A stretch of 64,000 nt of DNA from assembly GCA_034780895.1 (NCBI GenBank), contig JAUZTB010000077.1, positions 85,782 to 149,781 of the forward strand, read 5' to 3'. This document shows, piece by piece, positions 40,051-52,860 of this stretch. The DNA comes from Rhynchobatus australiae. Its lineage: Eukaryota. The notes beneath the pieces were generated by a model, which saw only the letters and a program-made list of their open reading frames with translations, ran no database searches and was not told the origin of the DNA. How positions within the stretch are numbered: position 1 is the stretch's first letter; each line of letters begins with the position of its first letter. The position numbers were made by a program, and so were the translations under genes.

Positions 40051-40924
40051 TCATTTACAGAGCTTTCCATTTAATGTAAACACATATTTCACTCCATTCT
40101 CCACCTCCTCCCTAAACTTCCTCTGTGTCAGTCCATAGATACACGTGTTCTTGCAGGTACAGAGAAACTGCAAAATATACCCAAACTGTTGTAAGATATA
40201 TCTCGGCGTGCTGAAGTATCTGTCTGGGTAGGAGTAGTTTTCCGGCTGCCAATTCAGAGTGAATACAAAATAGGGTATCCACAATAAAATGAAATTGGCT
40301 GAGAGAACGAACAGCAAAATCATTGACTTTCTCCGGCTCTCCACCTCTGGATCTCTCTTATTCTAGCTGCTGTTACGAAGTCCCCGGCGGACTCGATTTG
40401 CCGCTATAATGTGTCTAACTTTTAAAGTATTGAACAGCAGAATTAAACTACTGGTAAAACCGGAGTTAAGAAACTGTCACATAACTTGTGGATTCTCCAC
40501 ACGGGTGACGTTAAGTATGCGGTTGTGGCAACGCAGCGCCTTGGATCCACTGCAAAGTAAAAGGGAATAGCCCCAGCACAGCTCCCTGCACACACCATCA
40601 CTGTTACCACGGTTGCTATTCTCTCCGTGCAATAGCGGTTCCGCAGCTTCTGACAGCAGATGGCAACGTAACGATGGAAAGTGAAAACAATCGTCAACCA
40701 AACGGAACACTCTGCGATTGCAACCCGCAGGACAAGTATCACAGCACGCACCGGAGTTCTCAACAAGAAAGTTGCAAATAGATGGATCAAATTAATTTGC
40801 TCCATTGTCACAGCGACGATAACCACCATCAGATCTGTTGCCGCCATGGCCACCAGGTAGCGGGTGATGCATTTTGAGAGACCACATATTCCGCGGGACA
40901 GGATTACAATCGCTAATAAATTAA
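40051..40924 (-). pseudogene. GPCR pseudogene E, exon 2
   Basis: Acceptor tttgcAG. DRY changed to HRY, 1-bp deletion ~40447 in TM5, nonsense TAG at 40363-40365. No matching exon 1 found upstream. Confidence 0.88.
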
Positions 40925-41027
40925 CTGCAAAATATTATTAAATATGATGTTACCTCCCAGCGGATCTAGATTGTTCTATTGATTTGTACAGTAAAATTAA
41001 TATTCGAATCGGGCCAGTGCCTGGCGC

Positions 41028-41370
41028 TGTCGTCAGGCGATCAGTCCGACTGCGCTTACGAAATGGGAGGCGGATGGCCGATCAGACTGACACTCAGCAA
41101 GAAATGTACAACTGAGTTCTCTCAAGTTTCACGCTCTGAAGTCAACCTACAGGAGGGACAGCTTGAGGCTGAGCTCAGTGGGCAGATGGGCGGATACAAA
41201 AGGGAGGACATCCAGCGCAGTCCCTATGGTTTTAATGGGCTTGGCGACTTCCGAGGAGTGGCACATGCATTGGAATGTTTTGTTTTATTTTGCCATTGCT
41301 TTAAGTTATTAAACCGATTTAGATGAACTGCCCTCAGTTGGGTCCCTTCTTGAAATTAATATATTTGACA
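41028..41370 (+). mobile_element. Candidate solo LTR in the gene E intron
   Basis: TGTC...GACA termini, TATA-like GATACAAAAG, ATTAAA signal ~41308. No clear target-site duplication. Confidence 0.35.
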
Positions 41371-41649
41371 ACTGCATCTGTAAAACATCTTGTTGGCATT
41401 ACAAGTGATTCCAAGAGATATTTCGAGACGACATGGAAAGCCTTATGAAGTCACAAGATGTGAAACAAGTCCCAGACATAATCAGGGACAGGGAGTCACA
41501 TTACCCTTGTTAAAGTGAGCCGTCATTCTCTGACCACTCTGCCTTGAAGGACGGCGATACCAGCGAGGTGTGTAGGACGCGGAAATCCACAGTGCAGAAG
41601 AGATTAATCGCGCAGGACGTGAATAGCAGAAGTTGCCGGGACAGGCGTG

Positions 41650-41910
41650 ATTCGTGAAACAACAATGTGGATTAACACAGTCAAAGAAAATTGTGGAATA
41701 CACTGCCTCAGAGGGCAGTCGAGGTCACTTCTCTGGGCACTTTCAAGAAGGAGCTAGATAGGTTTCTTATAGATAGAGGAATCAAGGGATATGGGGACAA
41801 GTCAGGAACAGGATATTGATTGTTGAGGATCAGCCAAGATCTCAAAATGGTGGTGCAGACTCGAAGGGCCGAATGGTTTACTTATGCTCCTATTGTCTAT
41901 TGTCTATTGA
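41650..41910 (+). mobile_element. CR1-clade LINE 3' end with tandem tail
   Basis: WNTLPQRAVE..SLGTFKKELDRFL, then gactcgaagggccgaatgg and a (ctattgt)n tail. Confidence 0.8.
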
Positions 41911-44900
41911 AAGTGTACATGGGTGGGTAAGTAACCTATCAATCCCAGCATCGATTCCTGCGGAACACCGCTGGTCATGGATCTTTCACCACTACCCCCT
42001 GTCTTCTCTGTACAAGCTGATTCTGAATCCAAACTACCATGTTACCGTGGATCCGACGAATCTTAATTTCCTGGATCTGCCGACCATGAACTATCTTGTA
42101 AAATGGTCCATGCAGACAACATCGACTGTCCAACTTTCATCGATCACCTTTATCACGTGCTCAGAAAATCTCAGGTAATTTTGTAAGGGAGGATCTGACC
42201 TGCAGAAAGCCACGCTGACCTGTTATCAGTGGGCCATACTTGCATTGTACATCTTACGTTGCAGACTTTTTTAATGTATGGTTCATAGTTCATCCATGCT
42301 ACTCGTCAGGGATGTTCAACAGCGTAGCATTTCCCATTGATGCCAAACAAGTGCGTTGCATGACTTCCCGCATGATGAATGCTCTGGTCAGAATCGATAC
42401 CATGGAGTAATCTCCAACAACCTAAAATCTGAAAAAAATTGTGCTGTAACTGTTGGTATGTTAATTATTGTGCGAAAAGCCTCCATCCATTTCGTGAAGG
42501 CATCCACAAAAATACAGAACATGTTTATCAACCTTCACAACGCGGGGGTGTGGTGCAATATAATTATTACAGTGCAGTCCGTGGACCTCAAACAGGTTGT
42601 ATGTGCTGCTGCTCCGCTTCATTAGTTATACACGCAAAATTCTGGAGAAACTTAGCAGGTCAGGCAACATCTATAGAGGGAAATTAACAGTCGACGTTTC
42701 GGGTGGAGACGCTTCATAACGACTCCGTGTTCATTTCATTTCACTTCTTAGATGCGTTTCACCTACTGAGTTCCTCCAGAATTGTGTATGTGTTGCTCCA
42801 GATCCCATTTATCCTGAGAATTTCTCGTGTCCCCTTCATCAGTGCACTGCTCAAGGTTATTTTTGATCATGGACGCTGCAATCCCATCCATAATCGTGCA
42901 GGTTAGCTTTCATATCAGGCCACCGGAGCAAACTATTAAACGTTTAGTATCTGGCTTTTATTCGCTGACATCCAAGAACATCGTGACACGGATAGATCAT
43001 CTGTTTAAAATCTTGGGCTGGCATGAAGTAACTTTATTTTAAGAAAACGTCACCATCCTGAAAACGCAAGTTATTAGCCCACTGGCGATAAATGTTGGGA
43101 GCAGTACGTTATTGAAAACAAGTTCAATATCAATCTTGTCTTTGGTTCGAATCAAACTGATAAATGTCAATTTGGTTAATCGTGCACTGATTCATTTAAC
43201 TGTGGAGCCCATGTCTCACATGTTCTTGCCCTTAACGTTGCCAATTCATCATCCCTACATTCTCTGGCGGGGATGTTCGACGGTGCACTTTGTCTTGTCA
43301 CTTCTGAGCATTTTGGAAACTGTATAAATCAGAGGGCCGAGGGAAGGGGCCTGCAAACATCGGAGACAAAACCACTAATCTCCCATAACCGAAGACAAAC
43401 AGTACGATTATGATACGCGCACACACTGTAAATATCATCAGGAGATGGAACAACAGCTGTGCGGAGAGCTCAGTAGATTTTGACCAATGATGCTCGGTAA
43501 TCTGAAGTTTATTAAATCATCCATCATTGACCATGGACGATTCTTCAACATAAATTGTCATGGATTCCGAGGGTGAATTTATATTCTTCCCTTTGGGGTA
43601 GAAAGGTCTCGCCAGAGATACGTTAGCAATAATGGAACACTCGTGTGTCTTGCCGCCAAAGTTCAAACCGACAGCTAATAAATCAGGAGTACAAATATGG
43701 TTTGAAGAAATATATCGTCTTTGTAGCAAAAGTAGTCAAGGGGCGAGATGGGACGCTGACAGAACCGTCTTTAATTTGACCATGCAACAGCAACTGAATT
43801 GGCGTGTCATGTTCTGAGATGGTTGGTGGTGAGAAGGTAGGGACGATGATAATGGTAAAATGTTGATCTGCTGTCCTACCCTAATACCTGATTAAAATTG
43901 AACTCAAATTTATATTTTACAACAATCGCAGTACTTATATCGAAAACAAGTTTTCAAAGTTCCTCCAAAACCCAAAAACAGCAGGTTAAAAAGTCATGAG
44001 CAACAGCCTCTAATCTTCGAAAAACTTTCTTGTTAGCAAAAAATAACCCTGAACCGGCAGTGAGTACCTCAATGCCAGTGAATAAGAGTACAAAGATAAC
44101 ATTGACACAGCAAGAGACCGTGAAGAAGAAGGTTGTGGTGAACGGGACCCTGCGGCGTGCTGGACTGGGAGAGAGGCGATTTGGATCTGCTACCATTTAA
44201 CAAAGGTGGAGAGTGGGTCAGCGTCCCGGAGGGAGCTGAAAGACTGAAGGAAGGCGGTGCACTGTTCTAAATGGGGGATTGCGGGGAAGATGGGAGGACT
44301 CATAAGTGTCGGTAAATTCCCTGTGCACTCGGGAGAAATCGGCGCCATATACAGATTAATCTGTTGCTGCGACAAGTGAATGAAGATTGTTAGACCATTC
44401 TCTTATGATAACAGTTTTTAGTCTTATTCTTGACGGCGGTCCTATTAAGGTAATGCCGAGGCCTTTGACGTGTTTGTAGTAAGTCGCCCACGTTTACGCT
44501 AGCGACGATGGTGTTGATGTAATATGTTTTTTTTCCAAGCGACTGTAACGAAGAGGAATTTTCAGGGGTATTACCGTGTCACTGGGGACTGATCCTCTGT
44601 ATAACTCTGATCCTGTTGGAGAACATCAGCCCAGAGTGTCTGCCGAAGCTGTGGATTCCAGAGTAAACCCTTGGGGAGAAGCCATGACATTTTCAATCGT
44701 ACTCTGCACACAGCGAGCCTCAGAAATGAACAGGGAATTCAGCAATTCATGATAACTAACATTTCCAGTCTGTTTCAGAAATGGATATCTCGGGAAAAGT
44801 ACAAGCACAAAATGCCGTGCAGTCAGCAGGCGAACCTGGGCTTTCAGGCTGCTGCTATGTTATTACTGTATCCCGTTCCCACGTGTTGATCTCTTGCACT

Positions 44901-46404
44901 GCTATAACAAGGCTCGAGGAAATATCTGGCTTGAGTAAATTTCCAGCCTTTCAGGGCTTCCTGTCGAATTGAATAACTTCAGGTAACGTCACTCACATTT
45001 TCTGTGATATTGACTCAGTTTCTTACTCTTCACTCGCACGGACCGGCAGGTTGGCCATTTCGTACGGTGCCACAGTTGACTGTTTCACACATGTTTTTCT
45101 TGTCATAGAGTCATCGAGATATCGACTGATACAATGGAGTATCAAGCCATGCGGACCACTAACTAACTATTCATATTATTTTCACCTACCAACACTTATT
45201 CCACAGGATTCTATTCCTTAGCGGTTCAGTTGCTTGTCTGGATACTTGTGATAAATTGTGAGAGCCTTCGTCTTCACGACACACTGGTGTAGTCGTTACC
45301 AGATTCCAAACATACCCACCTTCAAAATCCTCAGATCTCCCCTGTTTTCCGTGAACCTCAGTATAAAGTTATGTCCTCCTAGCATATCCGGGCTCACATA
45401 TTTTTTTCTGTATCTGCCAAGTTCACTTAGCCTCCCCAGTTCCAATGTTTGAGTGCAAGACAACGTTTTTCTGAAGGAGCAATCTGTCTTGGGAATGTAC
45501 AAAATGTAAGAATGTTGCGTGGTACGATGGACACAAAAGGATGATTGTCGAGTATGGGTTCTGATCGTTTCAGGTAACCGGAGGGGATCAAATCAGAGTT
45601 TTAAAATCAAAGAGGATATGTACATCATCAACTGCGACGAACAGAGAGGTTACTCCGGAAATGTTAGCAACTCCAGCAAAACCACATCATGAGTACTCTG
45701 TACACTTCGGGTCACAATATTGCTAAAATGACGAGGTTGTTCCGGAGGTTTGCAAAGAAAATTACTGAGAATGTTGAAAGAATTTGTTTGGGAAACAAGA
45801 ATAAATAAAAACAGACAACCAAGATTAATTGTGTCATCCAGAAGTTTTTGCAATAAGGAGCGCTGGAAACAGAGTGAAATCTGAAGGACAAGGTTCCTTC
45901 AACGGAGTAACAAAAATAAAACGTAGAAAGTAATTTAATGTCATTGGTAGCAGGAGTAGAAGGAAGAGGAGGGTTCAGTTTATAACTAGACGATCGCAGG
46001 GGTCCGCACTCGCTGCGTGAATGGGTGTTGGATGAGAACCCCTGGACAACTCAGCCGATACTTGGAATCGTTACTCGAAAAGTTCTGACTTGCGGTGCTG
46101 CAGACCATGCGCTTGGAAGTGCAGTCAGGCTTGGTATTCGTTCAGCACAGGCAGGGCGGTTATGGACTGATGTTATATCTCTGTAATGCATCTTCGTCCA
46201 CGATTCTCTGAGGAAAGCCGATGTAAAGCTACTGGAAACAGACATTGTGCCCGGAAACCTGCTAATCATCAATGTTTGCGTTCCTACTGAACCAGTTTTG
46301 GATCTAATCTACCGCTCACATTAAAAAAAAACAGAGTACGAAGTCGTTAAGGGATTTGTATGAATTGTATTGATGGAGTTTACACAACTCCATTGAGAGT
46401 TGAA

Positions 46405-47296
46405 CTCATTTAATAATTCACTCCAGCGGGTATTTAACCGCGTTCTTCAGGTCCTCGCGGAATTTTCTGTGGGTCACGGCGTAAGTACACGTGTTGCTTC
46501 AGGAATTGAGAGCTTGCAGCATGTATCCCGTTTCATCCGCGATGAAACGAGGGTCACGGAAAGAAGCGTATCGGCGGACGTTAGGAATTCGACCATAAAT
46601 GTTGCACCGAACCCGCGTCACCTAGAATACCATGAAACTGCCGATTAAACTGAAGAGTAAAACGATAGATTGCCTCCGCTTTGCCATCACCGGGTCCTTG
46701 TCATTCTCTCCATTGCTGCGGTCCTGGAGCCCCCTGCGGACTCTACTGGCTGCTGAAATCCTTCTTAATATCGAGAATATTGAGCAGTAAAAATCAAAAC
46801 AAATGGGAAACAAGGGATTAAAATGACATTAAGCTCTTCGAGTGCTGCCCATGCGGGAGAAGTGAAAAGCGGTCTTGAGGAGAATAGCTCCATGGAATAT
46901 TGGCAATGATGTATTCAAATTCAAGTATGAAAAAGCAGGGGACACTCTCTGAACATCCCACCACATTCACTTTCCCGATAACCACAGCCGCCGTTCTCCC
47001 GGTGCAATATGTTGTTTTCAGTTTCTCACAATATCTGGCCACAAATTGATGAAAGGTGAAAGCGACTGTCAGCCAGACAGAGACCGCAGTTCTGGCACTG
47101 TCCAGGACTGCAATGAGACGACATACTGGAGTGATGCGCAGGGATGGAAGGGAGAAATTAATCAAACCAATCCAAGTCAATACAAGAATTGATAGAACGA
47201 CCAGGAGATCGAATGCTGCCAGTCCCACCAGGTAGCGAGTGATGCATTTGGAAAGGCTGCACTTTCCTTGGGCAATCATAATTGCCGCCAATTTCA
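46405..47296 (-). pseudogene. GPCR pseudogene F, exon 2 (divergent subfamily)
   Basis: KLAAIMIAQGKCSLSKCITRYLVGLAAFDL, FTFHQF, several frameshifts in 46760-46880, stops in TM6 (TAG) and TM7 (TGA), then NTCTYAVTHRKFREDLK. Confidence 0.88.
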
Positions 47297-49984
47297 CTGC
47301 AACAGACAGAAAAAGAAGTAGATAAATTACTGACCGGATTCGGAGCTAACGCTGTGACTTCAGAGGCTCAGTTGCATTTCCAGCTCTATTCCTGCTAGGA
47401 CTGGAACAAAACACATTGACCCGGTAACGCATTGGTGCAGAGAGGTGTTCAAAATAATTAACAACACTTCAGGAAACATCAATGCAGCAAACGAACAGAA
47501 AGACAACCAGAGGGATTGAGAAAATGAGAAGGAAATAAACGGAGTGAGGTGGAGTCATGAGCTAATTTGGAACCAGAGACAGTGAAGGCAATATGAGGAA
47601 GCAAAATATTTAACGTAGTTATAAGAGAGGAAGCGATGCCCACGGAGGCACTGCAGCGGAGAATTTGAGGAGCTCTGATGCAGTACTCGCACCGACACAG
47701 CCAATTAACTCATGCAAAACCTATTCAGCTTCCAACTTCTCGGAACAAATGAATCCACACAGAATGTATTCAAGGGAAAATAATACCATTTCCTGGAATA
47801 ATGAATTCTAAAATCGTGGTCAGTTCAATCCCGTTCCGCATTGAAACTGAGTTTAGAATACATGAGTTTACAAAACCCAGAACATCGGAGAGTTTTAGCA
47901 AGTGGCCGGAGGTCCTGGTTGCCATACACATCCAGAGCCAGTAAGCTAAATCTCCAAACTTGAGTTCACCCTCAGAAACTTCTGATTGAAATTTCCTCAC
48001 CGTCATTGCTGGAAGTTATGTTGATCACTTTTGCAGAAGGGCTCACATCGCTGTCTGTCTCCCTCTCACACTTACTCTCTATCACCTCCGTTTACTTTTC
48101 CCTCCGTTTTGTTTCTCTCTCCCTACCTCATTCCACTGCTCCCAGTGGTTCCCCAATACATTGTTCGGTCTCATCTAGCCTTAACAGCCAGCGACTAACA
48201 TTCACAGAACCATGCAAATGTATGGAAGCAAAGGATGCTATTTGTCAATTCACGTCCCGGCCAGTCGGACATAGTACAAGATATCATTATCCGAATATTG
48301 CAGCACTTGACGCATGGCAATGGGAAATCAATAGGTGATTCTTCCTTTCTCTTTCTCAGCCCAAAGACACTTACCTCAGCCTCCTAAAAAGGAAATACCA
48401 TTATGGGTTCATTCCTGAAGAATGCAATTCTCTGCAATCCCATTACCCTGTCATTCTTCAATTGCCATTGCCCTATCATTCTTGTAGAATGGCGTCTTCC
48501 CTTGATGCTGTGATTTGCAGTGCTGAGTCCTCTAGGTAAATTTCATCTGCGTGCTCTCCAGAGCGATCGTAAAATTGAATATGTACAAGTACTGAAAAAA
48601 ATTTCCTCAATTGAACTGTTTGTCCTTATCTTCCTATAATCTGTATTGCCTATTTCATCTGTAATGCGACAATAACGGTATAAAATTCAACCGGACCTGA
48701 TCACAGTTCACATTCCTCCTGCTGTAACTACAAAACACGCCAAATGACGACATTGTTCAAATAACAACGCGCAAACATTTGTACCGTTCTAAGAAACCTG
48801 CAGATTAATGGAAGGATACCTGGTTGTCACAGGTATAGTGAAAACTACATCAACGTGTAAACATTTCACTTTCTTCTGACGTCATCATGGAGAAGGGTAA
48901 ACAGATATGTGACGTCAAGAGCAAACTCCGTTTTTCTGTCAGACTTTACCATGAATTCACAATGCAGTAATAAATCACAACGACAGCGAGTGCTAAACGC
49001 GGGTTAAGAAATTGCCGGTTCTGATAAAACATATTGTGGGAATAAGATGATACTATACAGAACACTATCCCCGGAAACTGCCTGATCATTTCGGGGTTCA
49101 CGGAGTTTGAGTTTAGAGAGCCCAATACCCTGGATCCAGACGAGGAAAACACTCTGAACTGACCAACAAGATGTGGAAAAGCGGGGGAGCGACAGATGGT
49201 TAAAGTTCTGCTCAAAGGCGACAAGAGAGAGACAGCGAATGTTAGTTTTACTGATTCTGTCCTCACCTGTGGTGGATGATTAATGCTGGTGGCTGGATGG
49301 CATCATTGTTCCATCCATCAAACGCTCACTTTCTTTCTGTTCCTTTTTCGCCAAGCAGCAAAAAAGAACGGATGACTGCGACAGATGCAGGGCAGTCTAA
49401 CAGAACGTCATATTGAGACATGTTCATTCACAAAAAAATCCATCGCAATGAGGCAGAGGTGAGGATTTCAAAGGAAAGCAGCAACTCAGCTCCATTGTGA
49501 GATCTCTGGAGCAGTGTCAGGAGGAGACATAATGAAGTTGTTTTTTCACTGGAGTCATAACTATTGTAATCTCTGTTAAAGGAATCTCGAGTAATGGACT
49601 TGAAGAATTTCACCGACACCTCCACAAACTGCCTCACATTCAACCACAAAATGGGTATTTATTACAAGTGTCCCAGAGCAGGTTCATTCCAGATGTCGAA
49701 ACACTTCACAACGGTTCGTGTATAAACGGCCACTTTTGGCGTAATTATTGCCTCAAGCAAGACAATAGATAATAGACCAGCATTAATATGCAGGCTGCAT
49801 AAACAGGATCATTGCAAATGCAATGTAGCTGTTAAAAGAGTAAAAGCGCCGAGAACGCGGTCATCTGATTAGTGAAATGTTGGGACTGGGAAAGTGGCGG
49901 TGGAAAGAAGCAACGAGCGAACCAATTCCCATCATTGAAACCAGACATCAGATTCCAACATCGGCAGCTCAGACAGCAGTTTAC

Positions 49985-50054
49985 CGGGAATTCCAACGGC
50001 TGAAATAACAGGATAGTAAACGTCTTCTATTCGGTATATTACTGGATATCCCAT
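49985..50054 (-). pseudogene. GPCR pseudogene F, exon 1 (MGYPVIYRIEDVYYPVISAVGIP)
   Basis: 70 bp, donor G|GTAAAC. The nearest downstream exon 2 on this strand is F. Confidence 0.82.
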
Positions 50055-50629
50055 TTCAGTGTGAGAAGCTGTGTAAATGTAAGTGCCGGACAAGGGCTTC
50101 TCAAGTTCAGAAAGAGGATTTCGTTCGCAGCTACATGAGGTAAACCTTTTTCTTGCTGAGGGTGTATTCACGACCCCCTTTTGCCTTCAGCTAGGTTTCG
50201 TGCGGTAAGTTATAAGCACAGCTGATGAAAAATAACTTAATAAACGGTTACTGTATTTATGTATTTCGAAGGACATTATCACATCCACACGGATCTGGGG
50301 CCATCTGTGAAGACTGCAAAAACTCTGCTTCTTAAAACTACACGGAGCATGTGCACAAATTGAGTATCAACACTTCCCAGCACGGAAACGCACCGGAAGA
50401 CCTGCAGTGCCCATAACTGTCCCACTGAATGATACGACCTTCTCAACTCGCAGCATTGATACTTGGTACCGTCTCTAGTATTTGTGTTATTCCTTGTGCT
50501 GTTCGGGCCTTCGGAGCAGGTTAGTATTTTCTTATTAGGGGTTTTATTATAAGGGTTAGTTTCTATATGTTTCTTTTTTAAGTGTTTTATAAGTTTTAAT
50601 CGGGAATACTGGGGGCTAGACAACGCAGG

Positions 50630-50950
50630 CGCGTGACCTCGGCAGATAGGCGCGCGCAGTTTAAAAAGTAAACCACCAAATCCAGCGGGAAGCATCGGAG
50701 CGGGAAACTGAGTGAGGTGGAGCAGAGTGGTAGGGCTTTGGCTTAAGGGGCTTCAGCGCAAAGCAGCAAGGCAGGCGAGCAGCTGGTAGGAAGGTGAAGG
50801 TCAGGTTTACCTGTTATCTGTTATAAATATTTAAGCAGGAAAATCTGGCGAGAAAAAAAAAATTCGTTCAGATGGAGGACATGACAGTGTGCTGCAGCTG
50901 CCTGATATGGGAGCCCGTGAACCTTGCTGTAGGCCACGATAGCCACTTCT
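50630..50950 (+). mobile_element. CR1 5' UTR and ORF1 start fragment
   Basis: MEDMTVCCSCLIWEPVNLAVGHDSHFC, homologous to the ORF at 60049. Confidence 0.6.
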
Positions 50951-50954
50951 GCAC

Positions 50955-51280
50955 ATCCCATGCATACGGCGCCGCGAGTTTCAACCAAACTATAGAAATA
51001 CCGAGAGAGCTATCACACTTTTTGTCTCAGAATAATTAAGTGAAAATCACGACATTCAACGGCAGGTATCACCCTTTATTGTTTGGACCAAGCTTCCATC
51101 TGGATGTTAATTACACCCAGTATCGCTACCGTCTGACAGATCGGGATGGTCCATTACCCGAAACACTTTAAATTCCAATTTAACTAGTGGGCCAGCAGCT
51201 TGCTCGTCCTTGCTAGAGAAATATGTTTTTTATAACCAGATATAGGTATGGTTGGAATTCTTAACCTTTTACTTCCTCAC
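50955..51280 (-). mobile_element. LTR fragment related to the ERV LTR at 11405-11996
   Basis: Shares ggcgccg.gagtttc, ggtatcaccc.t.attgtt, agcttcc and tgttaat..caccc with the 11.6-11.8 kb region. Confidence 0.55.
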
Positions 51281-52329
51281 ACTGACACAGGCTGTGCCTT
51301 AGTGATGCCTCCACGATCGGAGAAATTCACTGTAAAACTACATTTATAGATCCCCAAATATATTCACGGGTTTCTCAGATGTGTTTTTCACGATCGAAGC
51401 TCACCTCTCGCCGTATCTCAGAACTGACCTATGTTAATATTTCAGATCTTGACTGTATGATACTACATCTCATTTGATTAATATCTTTGAACCCTGACGT
51501 TAATATGATGACAAAATATGTAAAATAATCCAGAATAGAGCATAGGGAACACCATAACATGATCACCCCTCAAAAAAATCATCATCTCTGATATCTCACA
51601 ATAGTGTTTTGTTCCGCTCGGGGCCCTATCATTTCTAATTCTTCACAATTGGCTCATTTCATCTTCTGCCAAATTGTATCGGTGCTGATTTTTCCACACC
51701 TTGCTCTATATTTCATGTTCTGCTTCATTCGAAGTTCGGTTCTCTGCCCCTGAAGACCTCCTTCGGGCTCCTGGAAATTCGGCTTTTCTCTCACCCTTCG
51801 GCCAGAAGCAGATCTGACGATCCCTTCCTCCACATGGTTGATGGAGGGGAGACAAGGTAAAATAATTTAGGGACCCCAAAAATATGTTTCACTTACCCCC
51901 AAGACACCCGTGAGCTTCCGTATGAATGAAGGATCGTCAGTGTGATTACCAGAACAAGAACGACAGCAGAGCTGAGGCAGGTAATGACAGGTTTCTCAGT
52001 GTCAAATCATCGAGAGTAAAGATAATGAAAAAAATGTCTTACGGAGACATTTGTCTTAATCCGCATTTGGACCGGCACGGATTAATCTGTGATAGGCAGG
52101 ATGTTTCAGTTTCCCCAAACGCTGGGCTGCAGCCTCTCCATGTTACTTACAATCTCCCAGAACTGGTTATTCTGCATCATCAAGCTTTACTTTAGTTTGT
52201 TTCACATTCCAAAATCATCTCCTCCTGTCTCTCCTCCAGCCGCATCCTCCCCAATATCGGTGACTTGACCTCCAATTTTCACTCCAATTCAACTGGGTCT
52301 TCCAACCCGATCGTAAGCAACAAACGGGA

Positions 52330-52860
52330 ATAGAATATATTCAATTACTTGGGAAAGATCTGACAAATGGTCATTAATGTGGAACAGTAAATAATTTTTG
52401 CAGAAAAATTAAAGAACTATTTGATCTAAATGGAGAGAGATTGCAGCGTACCGAGGTACAAATGGAACTGGATTTATTTGGGCGTGGTCCTGAAAAGGCT
52501 TGAACGTATTTATATAAAGTAATTGGGCAAACAAATAACGATTATTGCTAGGAGAATTATACGCACTAATCCAGATTCTGTGCTTCAGTTACGTGGAGCC
52601 TTGGTAATTCGACACGTGGATCATTATTTACAGTATCTTACTTTTTAAAGGAATGGTGTTAATGGGTGGAAGCATTTCCGAAAATATATGCAGAGTAATA
52701 CCAAGAGTGGCCGGGTTTCTTGATGAGGAAAGTTGTATCCGGAAAGTATGGCTTTTGCTGAGATTTAGAAGAGTGAGATGGGACGTTCGGAAGGTGTAAG
52801 TTCCCGAGTGGCCTTATCGTTGTGAACGTGGAGACGATGTTTCTTGTCGGAAAATCGAAA
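52330..52860 (+). mobile_element. Decayed CR1 RT 3' fragment
   Basis: tggcaaatg-like ...aatgtggaa, ctaaatggagagagattgcagc, tttagaagagtgagatggga. Confidence 0.5.

Noticed and set aside
43560-43640. ARPFYPKG as a candidate exon 1 for pseudogene E
   Set aside because: Lacks the MGY start, the AxGIP end and a GT donor.
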